From a virus (Duplodnaviria; Caudoviricetes), in the IMG/VR virus record IMGVR_UViG_3300025654_000009, positions 1 through 62,289 of that record: a stretch of DNA of 62,289 bases. One strand, written 5' to 3'. Position 1 is the first letter of the stretch; each line of letters opens with the position of its first letter. The notes beneath the pieces were generated by a model, which did not search any database, was not told the origin of the DNA, and worked only from the letters and a program-made list of their open reading frames with translations. Of the stretch, positions 36,152-46,802 are shown piece by piece. Position numbers and translations under genes: made by a program.

Positions 36152-36391
36152 ATGAAAAATTTAAAAAAGACAGAATTAGAAAAATTACAAACCTTGAATT
36201 CAGATTTTGTAAACTTAAAATCACAATTAGGTGATTTAGAACTACAAAAACATTTAATTGTTGAGCAAGTACAAAGTGTTAGGTCTGAATTTGGAAAACT
36301 CGAAGCAGAGTTGGTAAAAAAATACGGAGAAAACACTACTATTAACTTGCAAACAGGTGAAATAAAAGAAAAAGAAAAAGAAAAAGAATAA
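36152..36391 (+). CDS. Coiled-coil hypothetical protein
   Basis: 79 aa with heptad pattern. Confidence 0.7.
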   Translation: MKNLKKTELEKLQTLNSDFVNLKSQLGDLELQKHLIVEQVQSVRSEFGKLEAELVKKYGENTTINLQTGEIKEKEKEKE

Positions 36392-36392
36392 G

Positions 36393-39365
36393 ATGGCAAA
36401 AATCAGCAATACTACATCATACCCTGGACAATCTCCGATTGAGGGGGCAGATTATTTAATTGGAACGGCAGCAAACTCTAATCCAATTGCAAAACAAACA
36501 AAAACTTTTACAGTACAAGGTATTGCTGATTTTGTTATTGACTCAGCATTTGATGGTGTGTCATATAGGCTTCCTATTTTTACTGCTTCATCTTCAGGTC
36601 TTGAATCTGTTAAAGTAGTAAATTCATTATTCTATCAAGATACAGCTTCATTGGGAGGAACTCCTACTGAAGTTCTTGGTACAACCGTTACTTTAAATAA
36701 CGGAGCAGGAGTGGGATCATTGATAGTGGCTCAAAATATTACTGCAGGATCAAATTTAACAATAACAGGTAATTCTGCTTTAGCAGGAACATTATCTGTA
36801 GGAGGAAATACAACATTAGGAACTGATGATAGTACTGAAGCAACTATTGAATCAGTATTAAACATTCAAGGGCCTGTAAAAGATTCAACAGGTACTTTAG
36901 GAAATTCTGAACAAGTTTTAGTTTCACGAGCTGATGGTCAGCTTCAATGGGAAAACTTTCAAGGTTCAGGATTAGAATATCAAGCTGCTTGGAATGCTTC
37001 AACAAATGTACCTGACTTACAAGCTTACCCATTAACATCCGACAATACAGGTAAGTATTGGGTGGTGTCAATAGCAGGAACAACCCCTTTAACAGATGCA
37101 GCAGGTGGAACAATAACAGATTGGGAAGCAGGCGATTGGGCAATTATCTCTGAAGATGTTGCAGGAAATGTATTTTGGGATAAAATTGATAACTCATCTG
37201 TATTAACAGGTCAAGGAACGACAGGTAATATAGCGATATGGACAGCTCCAAGAGAACTTGGTGATGCTCCAATAAAATTAGGAACAGGAGCTACATCTTT
37301 AAGATTTAACACTTCAGGTGATACAGCTGGAGCAAATGCAAGTGCTTTTGGAAACGGAACTTTAGCGGCAGGAGACAATTCTTTTGCAACAGGGGATAGT
37401 TCAGCTGCAAATGGAAACTTTTCAGTTGCTATGGGTAATCAATCAACTGCAACAGGACAGGCTTCATTTACTGTAGGTCTTGATACTATAGCAACAGGAA
37501 ATTATTCAGTTGCAATGGGAGATGGTGCAACTTCAGTAGGAACTTCTTCTATATCTTTAGGACAAACTACTACATCAACAGGTCTTCAATCATTAGCTAC
37601 GAATAAAGGAACGACAGCAACAGGAAACTTTTCAGTTGCAATGGGAGATGGTTCAGAAGCAATAGGTATAGGTTCGTTTGCTATGGGTAAAGATTCAATA
37701 GCAACAGGAGATTATTCAGTTGCAATGGGGGAAATAGCACATTCATTAGGAGAACAATCAGTAGCAATTGGTTCTATAGTTGATGCAAATGGATTAGATT
37801 CTTTAGCAATAGGTTCAAATAGTGTTAGTGCATCAGATAAATCAATTGCAATTGGTGATATAAATGTAGCAGGTTCAGTAGGTAATGGAGAAGCAATAGC
37901 AATTGGAGTTAGTAATAATTCTACAGGAGCTTCAAGTATAAGTTTAGGTCATTCTAATACAGTTTCTTCCACAGGTGGAGCTGCTTTAGGTTCTTCCAAT
38001 TCAGTTATAGGTGATTATGCTTTTGCACAAGGTAAAGGAAATAATGTTAGGTCTTCAAGCTCTATAGGTATTGGTTATCAGAATAGTGTAGCTGTAGCAT
38101 CTGATTATGCAGTAGCAATAGGTGATGAAAACATAGTTAGTGCATCTCATGCAGTAGCGATAGGTAATACAAATACTTCTTCAGCAGCAGATGCGGTGTC
38201 AATTGGTAAAACAAACATGGCTTCAGGCATATCTGCAGCAGCTATAGGATTAGGTACTACAGCATCAGGAGCTTCGTCAATAGCTTTAAATAACTCTACG
38301 GTAGCATCAGGAAGTAATTCTTTTGCTTCAGGATTTGAATCAACTGTAACAGGAGATTCAAGTACGTCAATGGGGTATAGGTCAGCTGTAGTAGGTAATT
38401 ATGCTTTTGCGGTAGGATTTGAGTCAGAAACAAACGGAGAAGCAGCAATTGCGTTAGGATATGATGTAGAAGCAGGTGCAGCAAGAACTGTTGCAATAGG
38501 AAGTGAGATAAATGCTGATGACCCTAAAACAATAGGTATAGGTCATGGACATGTAGTTAATGGAGATAATGCATTAGCAATCGGTAATGATTTACAAAGT
38601 TTTTCTTTTAGAGAAACTGTATTAGGTTCTTTTAATGATGACATTACAGGAAGCAAAAGTGCTTGGGTTGCTGCAGATAGAATTTTAACTGTTGGTAATG
38701 GAGAAGACGCTTTAAATAAAAGTAATGCTTTAGTATTATTAAAGTCAGGGGATTTACAATTGCCGAGTTATGGTTTAGGAAATATTACAGCAACAGCAGC
38801 TTACAACTTAGCTGTTACTGCAACAGGAAAAGTTATTGAAGTTGCCACAGGTGGTGGAGGTTCAGGAATTACAGGAAGCGGTACTGCAGGATATATAACT
38901 AAATGGAGTGGAACTACTGCTATTGGAAATTCAATTCTGTTTGAAAGTGGTACTAATATAGGGATTAATAATGTAAGTCCAAATCATGAATTAGATGTAA
39001 CAGGAGATATAAATCTTGATGCAGGTTCATTATTATTTAGTTCATTAGGTAGTGCTGCTCCAAGTTGGTCGATAGCAACTGATGCGTCAGGAGATTTAAT
39101 TATTGATGAAACCACAGGGCCTGATAATGTTATTTTCAGAAATGGTGGTGATGTAGGTGTAGGTTTAACAGGGTCAAATACTCCTCAAGCAAGATTAGAT
39201 GTAAATGGGGCTATAAGAATGGGAGATGATTCTTCCTCACCAACAGCATCTAATGTAGGAACTCAAAGATATAGGGTAAGTGGTAATAACAGTTATGTTG
39301 ATATGGTAATGCAAACAGGCGCAGCAACATACGCTTGGGTTAATATAGTTCAAAACAACTGGTAA
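36393..39365 (+). CDS. Tail fibre with YadA-like head repeats
   Basis: ~30 consecutive 14-residue A.G..S.A(M/I)G repeats in the central region. Confidence 0.85.
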   Translation: MAKISNTTSYPGQSPIEGADYLIGTAANSNPIAKQTKTFTVQGIADFVIDSAFDGVSYRLPIFTASSSGLESVKVVNSLFYQDTASLGGTPTEVLGTTVTLNNGAGVGSLIVAQNITAGSNLTITGNSALAGTLSVGGNTTLGTDDSTEATIESVLNIQGPVKDSTGTLGNSEQVLVSRADGQLQWENFQGSGLEYQAAWNASTNVPDLQAYPLTSDNTGKYWVVSIAGTTPLTDAAGGTITDWEAGDWAIISEDVAGNVFWDKIDNSSVLTGQGTTGNIAIWTAPRELGDAPIKLGTGATSLRFNTSGDTAGANASAFGNGTLAAGDNSFATGDSSAANGNFSVAMGNQSTATGQASFTVGLDTIATGNYSVAMGDGATSVGTSSISLGQTTTSTGLQSLATNKGTTATGNFSVAMGDGSEAIGIGSFAMGKDSIATGDYSVAMGEIAHSLGEQSVAIGSIVDANGLDSLAIGSNSVSASDKSIAIGDINVAGSVGNGEAIAIGVSNNSTGASSISLGHSNTVSSTGGAALGSSNSVIGDYAFAQGKGNNVRSSSSIGIGYQNSVAVASDYAVAIGDENIVSASHAVAIGNTNTSSAADAVSIGKTNMASGISAAAIGLGTTASGASSIALNNSTVASGSNSFASGFESTVTGDSSTSMGYRSAVVGNYAFAVGFESETNGEAAIALGYDVEAGAARTVAIGSEINADDPKTIGIGHGHVVNGDNALAIGNDLQSFSFRETVLGSFNDDITGSKSAWVAADRILTVGNGEDALNKSNALVLLKSGDLQLPSYGLGNITATAAYNLAVTATGKVIEVATGGGGSGITGSGTAGYITKWSGTTAIGNSILFESGTNIGINNVSPNHELDVTGDINLDAGSLLFSSLGSAAPSWSIATDASGDLIIDETTGPDNVIFRNGGDVGVGLTGSNTPQARLDVNGAIRMGDDSSSPTASNVGTQRYRVSGNNSYVDMVMQTGAATYAWVNIVQNNW

Positions 39366-39995
39366 ATGGGTAAAAAGTACATTTCTAATGAGTTTGAAAT
39401 TAACGGAGGAACAGCTTCGCAATTTTTAAAAGCAGATGGATCAGTAGATAGCAATGTATATGTTACAGGAGGGCCATATCTTCCTGTAGCTGGTGGTATA
39501 ATGAATGGGCCTACTTATCATGGCAATAATGTAAAATCATTTTGGGGTTCAGGAAACGAACTTAGTATTTTTCATGATGGAACAAATGCTTATATTGAAA
39601 ATATAGTAGGTAATTTAAAAATACAAACTGATGTTGATGTTGCAGGTGTTATAACGACAACAGGTGGTAGTTCTACAGATTGGAATACAGCATATGATGA
39701 TAATATAACATCTTTAGCTGTTACTGGAACAACAACAAAAACATTAACTGCTACTCAAGAAAGTGGAGCAACATTAACCGCTAATTGGCAAGATAATACT
39801 GATGCAACTTTTACTTTTACACAAGGAGTTGCGGCAACAACATGGAATATAAACCATAATTTAGGTAAATTTCCTTCAGTATCAACAGTAAATAGTAACG
39901 AGTTCTTAATTTTTGGAGAAGTCGAATATATAGACAATAACAACCTAACCTTAACCTTTTCTGCAGGATTTTCTGGGAAAGCATATTTAAACTAA
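39366..39995 (+). CDS. Tail fibre-associated protein
   Basis: GGTASQFLKADGS and WNINHNLGKFPSV motifs. Confidence 0.7.
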   Translation: MGKKYISNEFEINGGTASQFLKADGSVDSNVYVTGGPYLPVAGGIMNGPTYHGNNVKSFWGSGNELSIFHDGTNAYIENIVGNLKIQTDVDVAGVITTTGGSSTDWNTAYDDNITSLAVTGTTTKTLTATQESGATLTANWQDNTDATFTFTQGVAATTWNINHNLGKFPSVSTVNSNEFLIFGEVEYIDNNNLTLTFSAGFSGKAYLN

Positions 39996-40002
39996 AACAA
40001 AC

Positions 40003-42489
40003 ATGGCAATTAATTTTTTAAACAGTATTGATTTTAACAAAAACGAGTTATTCAATGCAAAAATTCAAAACGAGATAAATGATGCAGCTGCAGGAACTCC
40101 TGTAGATGGTCAGTTATACTACAATACTACAGACAATCAGTTAAAAGTTGGTGAAGGAGGAAGCTGGGTAGCTCTTCAATCTTCTGCAGATACTAATACC
40201 ACTTATGATTTAACAGCAACAGGTTCAGGAGATGGAACTGCTACTATTAATTTAGTAGCTTCTAATCCATCTAGTACTGATAGTATTTTATTTGATGGAG
40301 CAGGAACAACTAGTGTTACACGTTCAGGTAGTACTATTACAATTACTTCTAATGATCAATTTGACGGTACTGTAACATCAGTAGGTCAGACTCACGCAGG
40401 TAATGCATTTACAGTAGGAGGTTCTCCTATTACAGGTTCAGGAACTCTTGCAATTACAATGGCAGGTACTTCTGCTCAGTATATAAACGGTGAAGGTAAT
40501 TTAACGACATTCCCATCTATTCCTCAAGGAGATATTACTGCTGTAAATGCAGGATTAGGTCTTCAAGGCGGTGGAACTTCAGGTTCTGTTTCTTTAGCTG
40601 TAGACTATACAGGTACAAATAACATTATAGATTCAGCTGCAGATGGAACAACTATAGTTGCTGCTGATAAAATTTTATATGAGGATGCAACAGATAGTAC
40701 AGTAAAAGAAATTGCTGTATCAAGTTTAATTGCTTTAGCACCTCAAGGAGATATTACAAATGTAAGTACAACATCGCCAATAACAGGTGGTGGTTCAAGT
40801 GGTTCTGTAACTATTTCTCACGCAAGTCAGGCTGATACAGGTACTACAGATGCTGCTACTTTATCATTTGGAGGGACATTCGATGCATATACAGATGTAA
40901 CAACCAATGGAACAGGACACGTTACAGGTCATGAAATAACAACATTTACTTTGCCTGCGAATCCAAATACAAATACAACATATACACTACCTGTTTCAGC
41001 AGGAGCTGCTAACACAGCTGTTGTTACTTTGGATGCAAGTTCAGGAACTGATAGTACAGTTACTTTTAGTGGTACAACTAATGAAATTTCAATTTCAGAA
41101 AGTGTAGGTAATAATGGTAGTATTACTATTGGATTACCAGATGACGTTACAATAGCTTCTGATTTAACAGTTGGAGATAATGTAACATTAACAAGTGGTA
41201 ACTTAAGTGTTTCAGGAACAGGTTCTTTTACAGGACAAGTAACAGTTCCAGTAACTCCAAGTGCAGCAGCTTCGGCAGCTTCTAAGAGTTATGTAGATTC
41301 TACGTTGGCAGGTTCAGGAGCTTTAATTTTCCAAGGAGGATATAACGCAGCAACTAACACACCTGACTTAGATGTTAGTCCAAGTGCTAGTATAAAGCAG
41401 GGTTGGACATATGCAGTAACTGCAGCAGGTAACTTTTTTGGAGAAGCAGTTGAAGATGGTGATTTAATTATTGCTGAATCAGATGCTCCAACAACATTAG
41501 CTGATTGGACAGTTGTTCAAAATAACATTGGAGTTGCAACAGCAGGTTCTAGTGATGGAGCTACAACAAAAGGTATTGCAGGATTTAATTCAGCTCACTT
41601 TAATGTAACATCAAATGGATGGGTTTCTTCTGATATTTATAGCGGAGGTTCTACATTAGGTATTGTACCTTCAGGGGGTGGAAGTACTACTTTCTTAAGA
41701 GGTGATGGTTCATGGGTAACCCCAACAAACACAAACACGCAAAGAGCTGCAGGTACAGGTTTAAGTTTATCAGGTAATACTATAAACGCAAATGTAGATG
41801 GAACTCAATCTGTAGCAGCAAACACATCTAGTTCAACATCAAGTAGAACATATAAGGTTCAAGTTGACTCAGGAGATAACTTAGTAGTTAACGTACCATG
41901 GGTAGATACAAATACTCAAACAGTAACTAGTGTTGATGAAATTGCAGCAGGTACTTCAACAGGTACTCCAATTATTGTTAATCCAACTACAGGTGCTGTT
42001 AAAGTACAGTCAATGGCATATGATGGAGGTAGTGATGTAGGTCACGTTCCTGCAGGAGGTGGTTCTACTACATTCCTTAGAGGGGATGGTTCATGGGTAA
42101 CCCCAACAGATAACAATAACTACTTAAGTGCGCTATCTTTTAATACTGGTAACGGTATTATTACAGCATCAAGACAAGGCTTAAGTGCTTTAACTGTAGA
42201 TTTAGATGGTAGATATGCATTAACTTCTGCAATACCAACAATCACAGCACAAGGAGATTCTATATTCTTAACAGGAGGTAGTACAACAGGTGGCATAACA
42301 ACATTTGATTATAATGTAACTAGTTCTTTTAGTGGAGCAGTTGCCATAGATGTTAAATGTGAAATTGTATCGGCTGCAGGAGAAACTGTATTTACAGAAG
42401 TTACAAGGTCAGGAACAACCTTAACTGTTAAGTTTAGTGGTACAGTTGCAGATAGTGCTTACAAAGCATTGCTTACATATGTAGGGTAA
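40003..42489 (+). CDS. Tail fibre protein
   Basis: 828 aa, G/T/S-rich; GGGSTTFLRGDGSWVTPT x2; PQGDIT repeats. Confidence 0.75.
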   Translation: MAINFLNSIDFNKNELFNAKIQNEINDAAAGTPVDGQLYYNTTDNQLKVGEGGSWVALQSSADTNTTYDLTATGSGDGTATINLVASNPSSTDSILFDGAGTTSVTRSGSTITITSNDQFDGTVTSVGQTHAGNAFTVGGSPITGSGTLAITMAGTSAQYINGEGNLTTFPSIPQGDITAVNAGLGLQGGGTSGSVSLAVDYTGTNNIIDSAADGTTIVAADKILYEDATDSTVKEIAVSSLIALAPQGDITNVSTTSPITGGGSSGSVTISHASQADTGTTDAATLSFGGTFDAYTDVTTNGTGHVTGHEITTFTLPANPNTNTTYTLPVSAGAANTAVVTLDASSGTDSTVTFSGTTNEISISESVGNNGSITIGLPDDVTIASDLTVGDNVTLTSGNLSVSGTGSFTGQVTVPVTPSAAASAASKSYVDSTLAGSGALIFQGGYNAATNTPDLDVSPSASIKQGWTYAVTAAGNFFGEAVEDGDLIIAESDAPTTLADWTVVQNNIGVATAGSSDGATTKGIAGFNSAHFNVTSNGWVSSDIYSGGSTLGIVPSGGGSTTFLRGDGSWVTPTNTNTQRAAGTGLSLSGNTINANVDGTQSVAANTSSSTSSRTYKVQVDSGDNLVVNVPWVDTNTQTVTSVDEIAAGTSTGTPIIVNPTTGAVKVQSMAYDGGSDVGHVPAGGGSTTFLRGDGSWVTPTDNNNYLSALSFNTGNGIITASRQGLSALTVDLDGRYALTSAIPTITAQGDSIFLTGGSTTGGITTFDYNVTSSFSGAVAIDVKCEIVSAAGETVFTEVTRSGTTLTVKFSGTVADSAYKALLTYVG

Positions 42490-42499
42490 TTATTTAATG

Positions 42500-42533
42500 G
42501 AGATATGTTATACTATATAGTGTAACATATCTC
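42500..42533. other. Intergenic near-perfect palindrome/hairpin
   Basis: GAGATATGTTA-TACTATATAGTG-TAACATATCTC. Confidence 0.7.
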
Positions 42534-42552
42534 TATAATTTTAATATAAAAT

Positions 42553-45258
42553 ATGGGAATTAAGTTAATAAATAACGCTGAAATTAGTGGAGATTTAACA
42601 GTTTCTGGTGGTGATATAGTTTTAGGCGGAACAGGTAGAATACAAGGTGTAGATACTGTTTCAGCAGGAACAGATGCAGCAAATAAAAATTATGTTGATA
42701 ATAGTGTACCTACTGTAAGTAATGCTACGGTAACTGTAACTACAGGAACAGGTTTAGATGGAGCAACATCATTTTCTCTTAATCAATCAGCTAATAAAAC
42801 AATAGGATTAACTTTAGACTTAAATGAATTAGGTGCAGGTGGAACATTGCTTGGTACAGATAGCTTAGTTGCAGTAAATGGCACAGTAAGTAATAAACAA
42901 CTTATTTCTTCTATTCCTTTAAGTATATTCAATAATAACGCAGGTTGGACTTCTAACGTAGGGGATATAACAGGTGTTACAGCAGGTACAGGTATTAGTG
43001 GTGGTGGAACATCTGGAACTGTAACAGTTACCAATTCTGACAGAGGTTCATCACAAAGTATATTTAAAAATATTGCGGTTAGTGGACAATCAACAGTTGT
43101 TGCAGACAACAATAACGATACACTTACTTTTGTTGCAACTGGAGGAATGAGCATTACAACTGATGCTAGTACAGACACTATTACGTTTAATCCAAATGAT
43201 AATAATGATAACTTTTATCTTAATGGCATAAGTAAATCAGGTAATACACTTACATTTAGCGTGTTAGGTGCGGCAAACCAGCCGTATACATTTGGATCTA
43301 ATGCGTTTAATAGCACTACAATAGCGACAAATAACAATCAACTAACTAACGGAGCAGGATATACAACTAATATAGGAGATATAACTTCAGTAGGTGCAGG
43401 AACTTATTTAACAGGTGGCGGAACTTCAGGAGCGGTAACGCTTGATGTTGTTGCACAAAGTGGAGCTTCAGGTAGTACTTTAATGGCTAGGGATAGTGCC
43501 GCAGATACTACTGTTAGACTTTTAAGAGCTACTTATGCTGATCAAACCACAATAAGTGGAGCAATGGCTTTCAGAGTTAATAACGGAACAGATAATTACA
43601 CACGTTACTGTAGTAGTCCTTCAGCTATTAGAAATTTTATAGGAGCAGGTACTTCAAGTACATCAGGAACAGTAACAAGTGTTAGTGGAACAGGTACACA
43701 AAATGGATTAACTCTTACAGGTACAGTTACAAGTTCAGGTAACTTAACACTTGGAGGTAACTTAGCTATTAACAACTCAGATTGGTCAGGTACTGATTTA
43801 TCAGTTGCTAATGGTGGAACAGGAGCAAGTACAGCGTCAGCAGCTAGAGCAAACTTAGGAGTTGTAAATAATGTTGTACAGACAACTATTACAGGTAATG
43901 CAGGAAGTGCTACAGTTTTACAAACAGCAAGGACTATAGCAGGTGTATCGTTTAACGGTTCGGCTAACATCTCATTAAATAATAACGCAATTACAAATGG
44001 AGCAGGATATATAACATCCGGTTCATTACCTACTGTTAATAACGGAACGCTTACAATGACTACTAGCACAGGTCTTGATGGTGGAGCAACATTCACAGCT
44101 AATCAGTCAGGCAATTCTACATTTGCTGTTACATTAGATTTAACTGAAATTACATTAGGTGCTGGTTTAGATGCAACAGCAACAGGATTAAGTTTAGATT
44201 TATCTGAGTTTGTTGATATGACAGCAGCTATGCTTACTACTGATGAGTTTATAGTACTAGATGGTGGAGCAGAACGTAGAAAAGCTGCAGGTGAAATTGG
44301 CTTAAGTATATTTCTTAATGATGCTGGTTTTACAAGTAATACAGGGGATATAACATCGGTAACCGCAGGAACAGGGTTAAGTGGTGGAGGTTCATCAGGA
44401 GCTGTTACTATAACAAATTCAGCACCCAATGTTGATACCGACTTATCATCTCAACATTTTGTTGGAGCTGTCAGAATACATTCTTCTGATGGAACAAGCT
44501 GTGATATAGAGCCTGCAACTGGAGCGTTGGCAGGTATTGTTACAGCAGGAGGAACTCAATTTTTTGGAGGAACGAAATCATTTGGTAATGAAGTTATTAT
44601 AGGTCAAAAAATATCTCATAGTGGAGATGCTGATACATACATGGAATTCCATGCACTAGACCAATGGAGAGTTGTTACTGGTAATAGTGAAGGACTAGAG
44701 GTTACCAATAACCAAGTACTAGTTAATCGTCCTGACTTTTTAATACAAAACTCTGGAGACAGAATGATGGATGTTGATTCTGTTAATGGTACATTTTTCT
44801 TAGGAGACGTTGACGGTTTAGATGCTGAAAACTTTATAACTACTGAAAATGGTAGAATTGATTTAGTTGTAGGAGGTTCAGAAACGCTTAGTGTTAACCC
44901 AAACAATACATCTGTTGGTATTGGAAATACAAGTCCAGGATATAAATTAGACGTATCAGGTACAGGTAGATTTACTTCTACAGTTACTGCAACTAACTTT
45001 ATATTGTCTTCTGACGAAAGATTAAAAACAAAAGTAAAGACATTAACGCCTAATAAAATAGATGTTGCTTGGAAGTCTTTTGAAATGAAAGAAGAAAAGG
45101 GCTTATATAGAACAGGTGTTATAGCTCAAGAATTAGAAAAAACTCATCCTGAGTTTGTTGCGGATGATGCAGAAGGATATAAAACAGTTAAATACATAGA
45201 TTTATTAATAGCTAAAATTGCTGAATTAGAAGCAAGATTAGAAAAAGCAGGGATATAA
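42553..45258 (+). CDS. Tail fibre with C-terminal S74 intramolecular chaperone domain
   Basis: SSDERLKT...GVIAQELE..HPEFV...TVKY; GDIT.V.AGT.(L/I).GGG repeats. Confidence 0.85.
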   Translation: MGIKLINNAEISGDLTVSGGDIVLGGTGRIQGVDTVSAGTDAANKNYVDNSVPTVSNATVTVTTGTGLDGATSFSLNQSANKTIGLTLDLNELGAGGTLLGTDSLVAVNGTVSNKQLISSIPLSIFNNNAGWTSNVGDITGVTAGTGISGGGTSGTVTVTNSDRGSSQSIFKNIAVSGQSTVVADNNNDTLTFVATGGMSITTDASTDTITFNPNDNNDNFYLNGISKSGNTLTFSVLGAANQPYTFGSNAFNSTTIATNNNQLTNGAGYTTNIGDITSVGAGTYLTGGGTSGAVTLDVVAQSGASGSTLMARDSAADTTVRLLRATYADQTTISGAMAFRVNNGTDNYTRYCSSPSAIRNFIGAGTSSTSGTVTSVSGTGTQNGLTLTGTVTSSGNLTLGGNLAINNSDWSGTDLSVANGGTGASTASAARANLGVVNNVVQTTITGNAGSATVLQTARTIAGVSFNGSANISLNNNAITNGAGYITSGSLPTVNNGTLTMTTSTGLDGGATFTANQSGNSTFAVTLDLTEITLGAGLDATATGLSLDLSEFVDMTAAMLTTDEFIVLDGGAERRKAAGEIGLSIFLNDAGFTSNTGDITSVTAGTGLSGGGSSGAVTITNSAPNVDTDLSSQHFVGAVRIHSSDGTSCDIEPATGALAGIVTAGGTQFFGGTKSFGNEVIIGQKISHSGDADTYMEFHALDQWRVVTGNSEGLEVTNNQVLVNRPDFLIQNSGDRMMDVDSVNGTFFLGDVDGLDAENFITTENGRIDLVVGGSETLSVNPNNTSVGIGNTSPGYKLDVSGTGRFTSTVTATNFILSSDERLKTKVKTLTPNKIDVAWKSFEMKEEKGLYRTGVIAQELEKTHPEFVADDAEGYKTVKYIDLLIAKIAELEARLEKAGI

Positions 45259-45701
45259 TGGGTGTTCCAAATACTACAACTTTTACGTTACAAGATGTGG
45301 TTACAGAAGTTAACCCAACAACAGATGATTTAAACGATTGTTTTAATGATGCTAATGCTAGTTATTTTAATTCAACATACGAAGGAAGTAAGAATCAGTT
45401 ACTAAACTTTAGAGATTACGGATCGCAAAATGCTCTTACGTCTTTTCTTAGTAATACTTCTTCTCCAAGAAATCCTTGTACTATTACAAGTTCTAATACT
45501 ACTTTTTACCATAATGGTAGTGGTGCTTTCCCAGCTGTAGGAGATATTGTTTATTCAGATTCTGCTGGAACTACTCCTTTATTTGGTGGAGGAAGAAGAC
45601 AATTTAACTCTAATGGGACAGGTTCAGGTAAATTTACCATAGAAATACCAATATCAGGCCCAGATACAGGTTTGGTAACATCTATAGGGATTTGTTTCTA
45701 A
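45258..45701 (+). CDS. Tail fibre-associated protein
   Basis: 147 aa, TAATG-coupled to the fibre gene. Confidence 0.6.
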   Translation: MGVPNTTTFTLQDVVTEVNPTTDDLNDCFNDANASYFNSTYEGSKNQLLNFRDYGSQNALTSFLSNTSSPRNPCTITSSNTTFYHNGSGAFPAVGDIVYSDSAGTTPLFGGGRRQFNSNGTGSGKFTIEIPISGPDTGLVTSIGICF

Positions 45702-45724
45702 AATTAAAATAAAAATTAAATTAA

Positions 45725-45955
45725 ATGGATATAAGAAAAATTTCAGTAGGAGCAGACTATAAGTCTAGTGCTATGCACTATATATTAGGTCAAGATATTT
45801 TAAATGGAAATTATTGTATACATTTGATAAAGCATATAGAAGAAAACAATTCTATAAAAATTTGGATTGAAAACAAAAAAGGAGAAATATTCCTTTGGAA
45901 AGAGTTTAATTCTAATATGCCAATATCAATTGAATATAATATAAATTTTGAATGA
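45725..45955 (+). CDS. Hypothetical protein
   Basis: 76 aa, MDIRKISVGADYK..AMHY. Confidence 0.7.
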   Translation: MDIRKISVGADYKSSAMHYILGQDILNGNYCIHLIKHIEENNSIKIWIENKKGEIFLWKEFNSNMPISIEYNINFE

Positions 45956-46518
45956 AATCACCTTTTAATTTTATTGTAAAACCGAGCAATAACAAAAGGT
46001 ATGATAACACTATAAAGATTGGAAATGTTAATTTAATAACAAGTTCATCTAAAGAAGATCATACTGTATCTAATCGATACGCAATAGTTGTTGAAACTCC
46101 GATAAACTACACAGGCCCTATAAAGCCAGGAGACACCCTTTTAGTGCATCATAATGTATTTAAGTACTACAATGATATGCAGGGTAGAGAAAAGAGCGGA
46201 AAAAGCTTCTTTAAGGACGATTTGTTTTTTATAGACAACGATCAGTTTTTTATGTATAAGCAAAATGGAGAATGGAAAGCTCATTCTAAATACTGCATGA
46301 TTAAACCTATTGAAAAGGGTGGGAATCATTACCTTAAAACTCACGCAGAGGAAGAGCCATTAATTGGCTTAGTTAAGTATCCTAATAAGTACTTAATTAG
46401 TAAGGGTATTAATAAAGGCGATAAAGTTTCTTTTCAGCCAGATAGTGAATATGAATTTAATGTAGATGGTGAAAAACTATATAGAATGTTTGATAAAAAT
46501 ATAACAATGGTTTTATGA
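45952..46518 (+). CDS. Second co-chaperonin-like protein with two apparent GroES-type domains
   Basis: FIVKP...IKPGDTLLVHHN and MIKP...GINKGDKVSF....EFNVDGEKLYRM. Confidence 0.6.
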   Translation: MKSPFNFIVKPSNNKRYDNTIKIGNVNLITSSSKEDHTVSNRYAIVVETPINYTGPIKPGDTLLVHHNVFKYYNDMQGREKSGKSFFKDDLFFIDNDQFFMYKQNGEWKAHSKYCMIKPIEKGGNHYLKTHAEEEPLIGLVKYPNKYLISKGINKGDKVSFQPDSEYEFNVDGEKLYRMFDKNITMVL

Positions 46519-46802
46519 ACAATACTGAATTAAAATTAGAAATTATAAAAGCAGGTAAAAAAGCTGTACAAGAACTTATTAAAGTTGCTAATGAAGGTAT
46601 TTTAAAAAAAGACTTAGATGGGTTATCTCCTGATATTGCAGCAGATAGATTAAAAAATGCAGCAGCGTCTAAGAAGTTAGCTATATTTGATGCTTTTGAA
46701 ATTTTAACAAAAATTGAAGAAGAAAACAATATGCTTGATACTAATAATATAGATAATAAAGCTTCATCGTTTAAAGGGTTTGCTGAAGGAAGGTCAAAAT
46801 AA
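46515..46802 (+). CDS. Putative terminase small subunit
   Basis: 95-aa helical ORF coupled to terL; call is positional. Confidence 0.45.
   Translation: MNNTELKLEIIKAGKKAVQELIKVANEGILKKDLDGLSPDIAADRLKNAAASKKLAIFDAFEILTKIEEENNMLDTNNIDNKASSFKGFAEGRSK

Noticed and set aside
42783-44906. Long antisense ORFs in fibre, GroEL, capsid and giant genes
   Set aside because: Expected reverse-frame shadows of biased codon usage; no promoters or motifs
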